A stretch of DNA of 64,000 bases. It comes from the human T2T-CHM13v2.0 reference genome, Homo sapiens. The position numbers were made by a program, and so were the translations under genes. This document shows, piece after piece, positions 58,581 through 64,000 of the stretch. Numbering within the stretch: position 1 is the stretch's first letter; each line of letters opens with the position of its first letter. Location: the NCBI RefSeq assembly GCF_009914755.1, contig NC_060928.1, one strand, 5' to 3'. Below the pieces are notes generated by a model. That model saw only the letters and a program-made list of their open reading frames with translations, ran no database searches and was not told the origin of the DNA.

Positions 58581-60019
58581 AGATTTTTCTCCTTCTATCT
58601 CATATGTTGAAAAATATGATTACAACCTTTGTCTCAGTTCAGAATCGTTATCCTTTAATATTCGTCTACATCCATTTTTATTTACTTTAAAGGCTTTTTC
58701 ACTCATCTATGATTTGTAAAATGGTCCATTTGTAAGTTGACTTAATATAATTTAGATTGCCATAGTAGACAACTACTTGACTCAGTTCCAGATTAAAGTA
58801 CTGGAAAAAAATGGAAGCTTTACTAATTTTAGATTGCTCTACCCTAAACCTAGCAATTAAAAATAATTGCCACATTTGCTATTTTTTTGTTATTGTTACT
58901 CAGTCTGGATGTGTCTGAACTTCTGGCCTGTTAAAATAAAAAGGAGAAAAACTACATTACTTCTAATTATTACAGAGATTTAAAGTAATTAAAATGGCCT
59001 GATTTAGGTAAAATTAGGTTTCTAGTTTTTTTTAAGTTTGGTTCTACATACTTTTAAAATGCCTCAAAAAAGTTTTCATTTCAAATGAGTTAGTTTTGAC
59101 CAAAATCTGTGGTCACTAATTTCTAGTCAAAACTAAATTTTCATCACTAAAAATGTTCAAGCAGAAGTAGAACATCTGTGAGCCATATTGTAGACGAGAT
59201 TTCAGCATTAATCTGGGGGAAAGCAGGACCTATCGGGGGTTTGAAAAGTTAGGTTCGTAACTATTATATACTAAGTTAGGTCCATATCCTAGTACAAAAT
59301 AACCAGTCAAATAACAGTTACCTTTAATGAATAAATTGGTGAGTGAAGGCCCTCATTTTGAAGTCATCAAAAAGAAATTAAACCAAGTTATTTGGGTATA
59401 ACCTGTGCCAGCTATTTTCTTCAGCTCTGGAACTTCCCTTAGGTATAAAATTTATTGGAAGCTTAGATATAGGGACATTTACATTTTCCTTTAAAACACA
59501 AACAGCTTGAATAGAATAGGATGGAAATTCCATATGTAATCCTTAATAATAACATATAAATCATAAATATTTACCTGGGTGTTGAATGTATATTTCTATT
59601 TCTTTTAAAGTCTTTATTTCACAACACAAAATGTCTGTAATATTCCCCATACTTGAATGTCATCCATATGTGTTGTATGGCTTTTTCAAGTGTTGAAATT
59701 TTCTTTATATCTGTGTTTTTTTTAAAAGCATTTTGATCATACCATTCATGAACTAGCTACTGCCTATTCTTGCATTTTTAAAACTTCATATGTGTGCAGA
59801 GGGTGGAAATAAATGCCTAAAGCTGAAATGAAAGAACATAAAATTCTAGATATAAATTTTTGAAATGAAAAATAGTCAGGTCCTTTAATCAAACATTTAT
59901 TAAGTTCCAACGTGGGTCTTCCACTCAGTGGGACACTAGATCCCAGTGCTTAGCATCAGTTTCCATGCAGGAAATGGGTGTGACTTGGGTGTCATTTGCC
60001 CATTCACCTTGGTTTTGAA

Positions 60020-60158
60020 ATATGTGTGTGTGTGTATATATATACATATATATATGTGTGTATATATATATACATATATATGTGTGTGTATATATATATA
60101 CATATATATATGTGTGCATATATATGTATATATATGTATATATATATATATATATATG
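60020..60158. repeat. (TA)/(TG) compound microsatellite with ~28-bp higher-order units
   Basis: Repeated blocks of 'tgtgtgtatatatatatacatatata'. Confidence 0.9.
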
Positions 60159-60344
60159 CTTTTGACTCAGCTTTTTATTCCAGTCAAACTGATGATGATT
60201 ACTTTATCCTTATCTATTTTGGGAGCTGAAGGAAAAGTTAAACTTTTGGCTTACTTAAGTCATTTTTTAAAGGGAAAGAGGTCTGTTAGAAATTTATGGC
60301 TGCATTTTAACATGTTTGATTATAATAATGACAAATAATTACAA

Positions 60345-60530
60345 CAATATGTATTATGTCATTTAATCTTCCTAGCAAATCTATAAATTTGGTTTTGGTA
60401 TTATCCCAGTTTTGTAGACAAGGAAGAGGGACATAGAGAATTTAATAACACACTCAACATTTCACAGCTAAGTGTAGAGAAGGCTTTGAGTGAGTCTGTC
60501 TCACTCAAGATCTGAGCACCTAATCACTAT
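60345..60530 (-). mobile_element. MIR SINE
   Basis: 'tcatttaatcttcctagcaa...tattatcccagttttgtagacaaggaagagggacatagagaatttaataac...cacagctaagt'. Confidence 0.75.
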
Positions 60531-60780
60531 AGCATACTTATAATAAATATGCTGTTACCTATCATTAATGCATTAATGGCAATTTTCTTATTGTATTTGT
60601 TATAAATGTTTTCTAATTTATCATCTTTTTTGGAACAGATATTCAAGTATATTTTGAAACCAGTAAATGAAAAAATTTGAAAGCTGCAGAGAAATGGCAA
60701 CAATGTTAAGTTCAGACTGTACAATTATTATATGTATATTATTTTGCTTTCATCAAATCACCTCATGTCTTTGTTTTCTT

Positions 60781-61070
<290 letters not shown>

Positions 61071-61330
61071 TTGATTTTTTTTTTTTAATTGTAGATAAAC
61101 AGTAAGTTCAATTTAACAGTGCCTTGGCTGGATCTTTGAGATTTTAGGTGGAGCTTCTTAATTTTTAATTTTGTTCCACGATCATGTATTTCTCTGAAAT
61201 TCCTCCATATTATATTAAAAAATTAACTCAATGCAGATAACATGGGAAAATCCTTCAGGTGCTGGAAATAGATTCAATTGAAGATTTAAATTTTAGTTTT
61301 GTTTTTCACATCTTGAGCTAATTTATAGAA

Positions 61331-61466
61331 TGTGATGTCTCCCCTGGACACCTAGCTTTGAAATTTCTCCCTTTTGTACTCTTTCCCTTTATTTCTAAGA
61401 CCATCCAACACTTAGGGAACGTAGAAAAGAACCTACATTGAATTATCAGGGGTGGTTCCTCCGATA
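61331..61466 (+). mobile_element. MER11 (HML-8/HERVK11 LTR) 3'-terminal fragment
   Basis: 'tgtgatgtctcccctggacacctagcttt...tgtactc...cctttatttc...cttagggaa...tagaaaagaacctac...ggttcc..cgata' matches the recalled MER11 terminus. Confidence 0.8.
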
Positions 61467-61468
61467 TC

Positions 61469-61702
61469 GCGGATCATGAAGTCAGGAGATCGAGACCATC
61501 CTGGCTAACACAGTGAAACCCCATCTCTAATAAAAATACAAAAAAAATTAGCCAGGTGTGGTGCCGGGCACCTGTGGTCCCAGCTACTCAGGGAGGCTGA
61601 GGCAGGAGAAAGGCATGAACCCAGGAGGCAGAGCTTGCAGTGAGCCGAGATCACACCACTGCACTCCAGCCTGGGTGACAGAGCGAGACTCCATCTCAAA
61701 AA

Positions 61703-61745
<43 letters not shown>
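61469..61745 (+). mobile_element. AluY-like, 5'-truncated, with (TAAA)n tail
   Basis: 'ggagatcgagaccatcctggctaacac', 'ggcatgaaccc', 'gagcttgcag'; begins at 'gcggatca'. Confidence 0.93.
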
Positions 61746-61747
<2 letters not shown>

Positions 61748-61996
61748 AAAGTGAAAAAGAGGAAATTAAAAAATACATTTAAAAATATATTGGATCTATT
61801 GTAGAGTTACAAAAATGACTGAAAAAGTGGGTAGGAAACATTGGGTATAAAACATAATTACATCCGGATGAGAAAGACGAAGAGTATATCAAATGTCAGA
61901 AAGGTCATCCAGAAATGGCGACTGGAGGAAGGGCAAAATGCAAGGGTTTCCCATTGCAGGCAGATCGTGAAGAGAAAATAAGATCACACAGAAAGT

Positions 61997-62319
61997 GGCT
62001 GGGCACTGTGACTCACGCATGTAATCCAAGCACTGCGCAAGGCCAAGGCAGGGGGGATCCCCCGAGGTCAGGAGTTTGAGACCAGCCTGACCAACATGGT
62101 GAAACCTCGTCTCTACTAAAAATACAAAAAAATTAGCCAGGCGTGGTGGTGGGTGCCTGTATTCCCAGCTACTTGGGAGGCTGAAGCACTAGAATTCCTT
62201 TAACTCAGGAGGCGGAGGTTGCAGTGAGCAGAGATTGCGTCATTGCACTCAAGCCTGGGTGACAAGAGCAAAACTCCGTCTCAAAAAACAAAACAAAGCA
62301 AAACAAAAACAAAAGGAAA
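61997..62319 (+). mobile_element. AluS (Sq/Sx-like)
   Basis: Full dimer; 11-bp perfect TSD acacagaaagt (61986-61996 / 62320-62330). Confidence 0.95.
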
Positions 62320-63399
62320 ACACAGAAAGTGAGCTACTTTATAACTTTTTTCTATTTATTGTCATTTACTATATTTGATTGATAATTAGTAATTATCCTT
62401 ATATAAAAACTTGATAGAAAACTTATTGTAATAATTTGGTTAAAATATTATGTATGTTTTATTATAAATCAAAATCTGCACCAGCTATGATTTTAATACA
62501 AACTATTTTCTCGGCCATGTTATAAATGTGAAAAATTTATGCTGAATCAAAATATTCATATATAAAGAAAATAGAATGGTGAAAGAATAGCAAACATTCA
62601 ATATCCATCTGGCATTATAGTTACTAATTTTATCCTCTCATCAAATTTTTCAATAAAGGATATGAAGAGGATGACAGAAACACTTAAAATAATTTGCTTC
62701 AAGAAAACATAAAATGTTTGAGGTAAAGGAAAAGTAGAATAAAAATAACGTATTAAGTTCGGTCTGTATATACTCTTCAAAAGTATTGAAAATTAAGATA
62801 ACCAGATATTTTCCTTTTTTATGTGTTTACTCATGGTAATTTCCTCCATCCTTCTATTGATTATATGTTACAATACCTTTATCCTATTAAGATTATTACA
62901 TAAACATTTTAATGAAAAATATTTTTTGAACAAAATTTGTTTAGCATCATTGAGGAAGAAATCTAATCATTACAAATAGCTAATCTTTTAAAAATTGTAC
63001 GTTAGAGAACAATTTTTTAAAGTAAAAAATTATTGAGGCAGCATTTATTTAGAATATATAGCTGGGGAAGCCAAATTACAATGTATTGAATCATTATGTA
63101 TTCTAATTACATTATGGGCATTGCAGAAAATGCAGTGTATCTGAATATTTTTATGCACCAAGCATACAAAGACAATCCTCAGAAGAAAGTAGAATAACAG
63201 AACTATTAGTATTTGAAATTATAGCATCCTTGAAATTTTGGAAACACAGATTCAAAATCAACAAAAAATAATTAACTATGAATCATCTCGTAATATACTA
63301 TACTATATTTGTATACATTATTCAAAAAATTGTTCATTTTCAGGCAGATTGTATTAACAACATAAATGCATAATACATAAAATGAGAAATAAAACTGTG

Positions 63400-64000
63400 A
63401 AGAATACATACATAAAATTATTCAGACTTATTAGTAACAAATAAAATGCTCAATACATGATAGGGGCATGTCAAAAGTATGTGGAGCTAGTTTGGAGAAG
63501 CTTCCAATGGCCAAACCTGAAAAATAACTGAGCAACAATAATAGTAATAGATTGTAACCATGGGAAAAATAAATATCCATAAGTCTGTGTTGATATATAT
63601 AAATAATTGAATGAATAAATAAATGGCAGTGAAAGAATTGTTCTTCCTTACAGTAGAATTCCAATCAATAAATGAAGAAATTATGAAAATATAAAATAAA
63701 CACTTAGTGAACATTACCCTATTATTTGCTGTAGGCAAGAATTATCAGTAGATGCTACACTTAATGAATAAAAGTATGATTAAAAATAGGTTAATTGCAT
63801 AGTGTCAAATGATCTCCCAAGAAAATATGCATAAATTACAAAGGCAAAAATCATAGTGGAGAAACTTGTCAGATTCCACCTTAACCAAATGATCAATGTT
63901 ATATTTACTGCAGAAATATTAATATGACACCTTGCTTGATATTATGCACTGAGAAGGACATGATGTTATACGTGTGGTATCTGCACAATCAGAATTTATT
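63400..64000 (+). mobile_element. L1MC (MC4-like) 3' region, running off the window
   Basis: 'gggcatgtcaaaag', 'gcttccaatggccaaa', 'aaataaatatccataagtc', 'agtggagaaact...caccttaaccaaatgatcaa', 'atgcactgagaaggaca'. Confidence 0.75.

Overview
This is AT-rich, CpG-poor primate genomic DNA (Alu content points to human or a close ape), either intergenic or deep intronic. I found no credible cellular protein-coding exon, CpG island, tRNA/rRNA gene or CRISPR array. The supplied ORFs are fragments of dead LINE-1 ORFs, Alu/LTR read-throughs or microsatellite translations. Most recognisable sequence is fossil transposable elements: a near full-length L1PB (~14958-21207, +) carrying two Alus; an internally deleted and rearranged L1PA7/8-like element (44168-47866, -) with intact TSDs; older L1M, L2 and MIR fragments; solo LTRs (MST, MLT1, MLT1D, MLT2, MLT2A1, LTR8A, a MER11 fragment); DNA transposons (MER20, MER45B-like, MER1B, an expanded MADE1); 11 Alus; and a hY3 Y-RNA retropseudogene. 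I cannot support a new biological system here. The observations most worth checking are: a complex deletion/inversion/palindrome junction in the L1PA; an expanded MADE1 (miR-548-type hairpin); a dense TGACAG (MEIS/TALE) motif cluster in unique DNA; an Alu insertion that replaced L1 sequence; a MER11-AluY chimera; and several templated-insertion scars. Subfamily names come from recalled consensus sequences, not from a database search, and boundaries of old elements are approximate.
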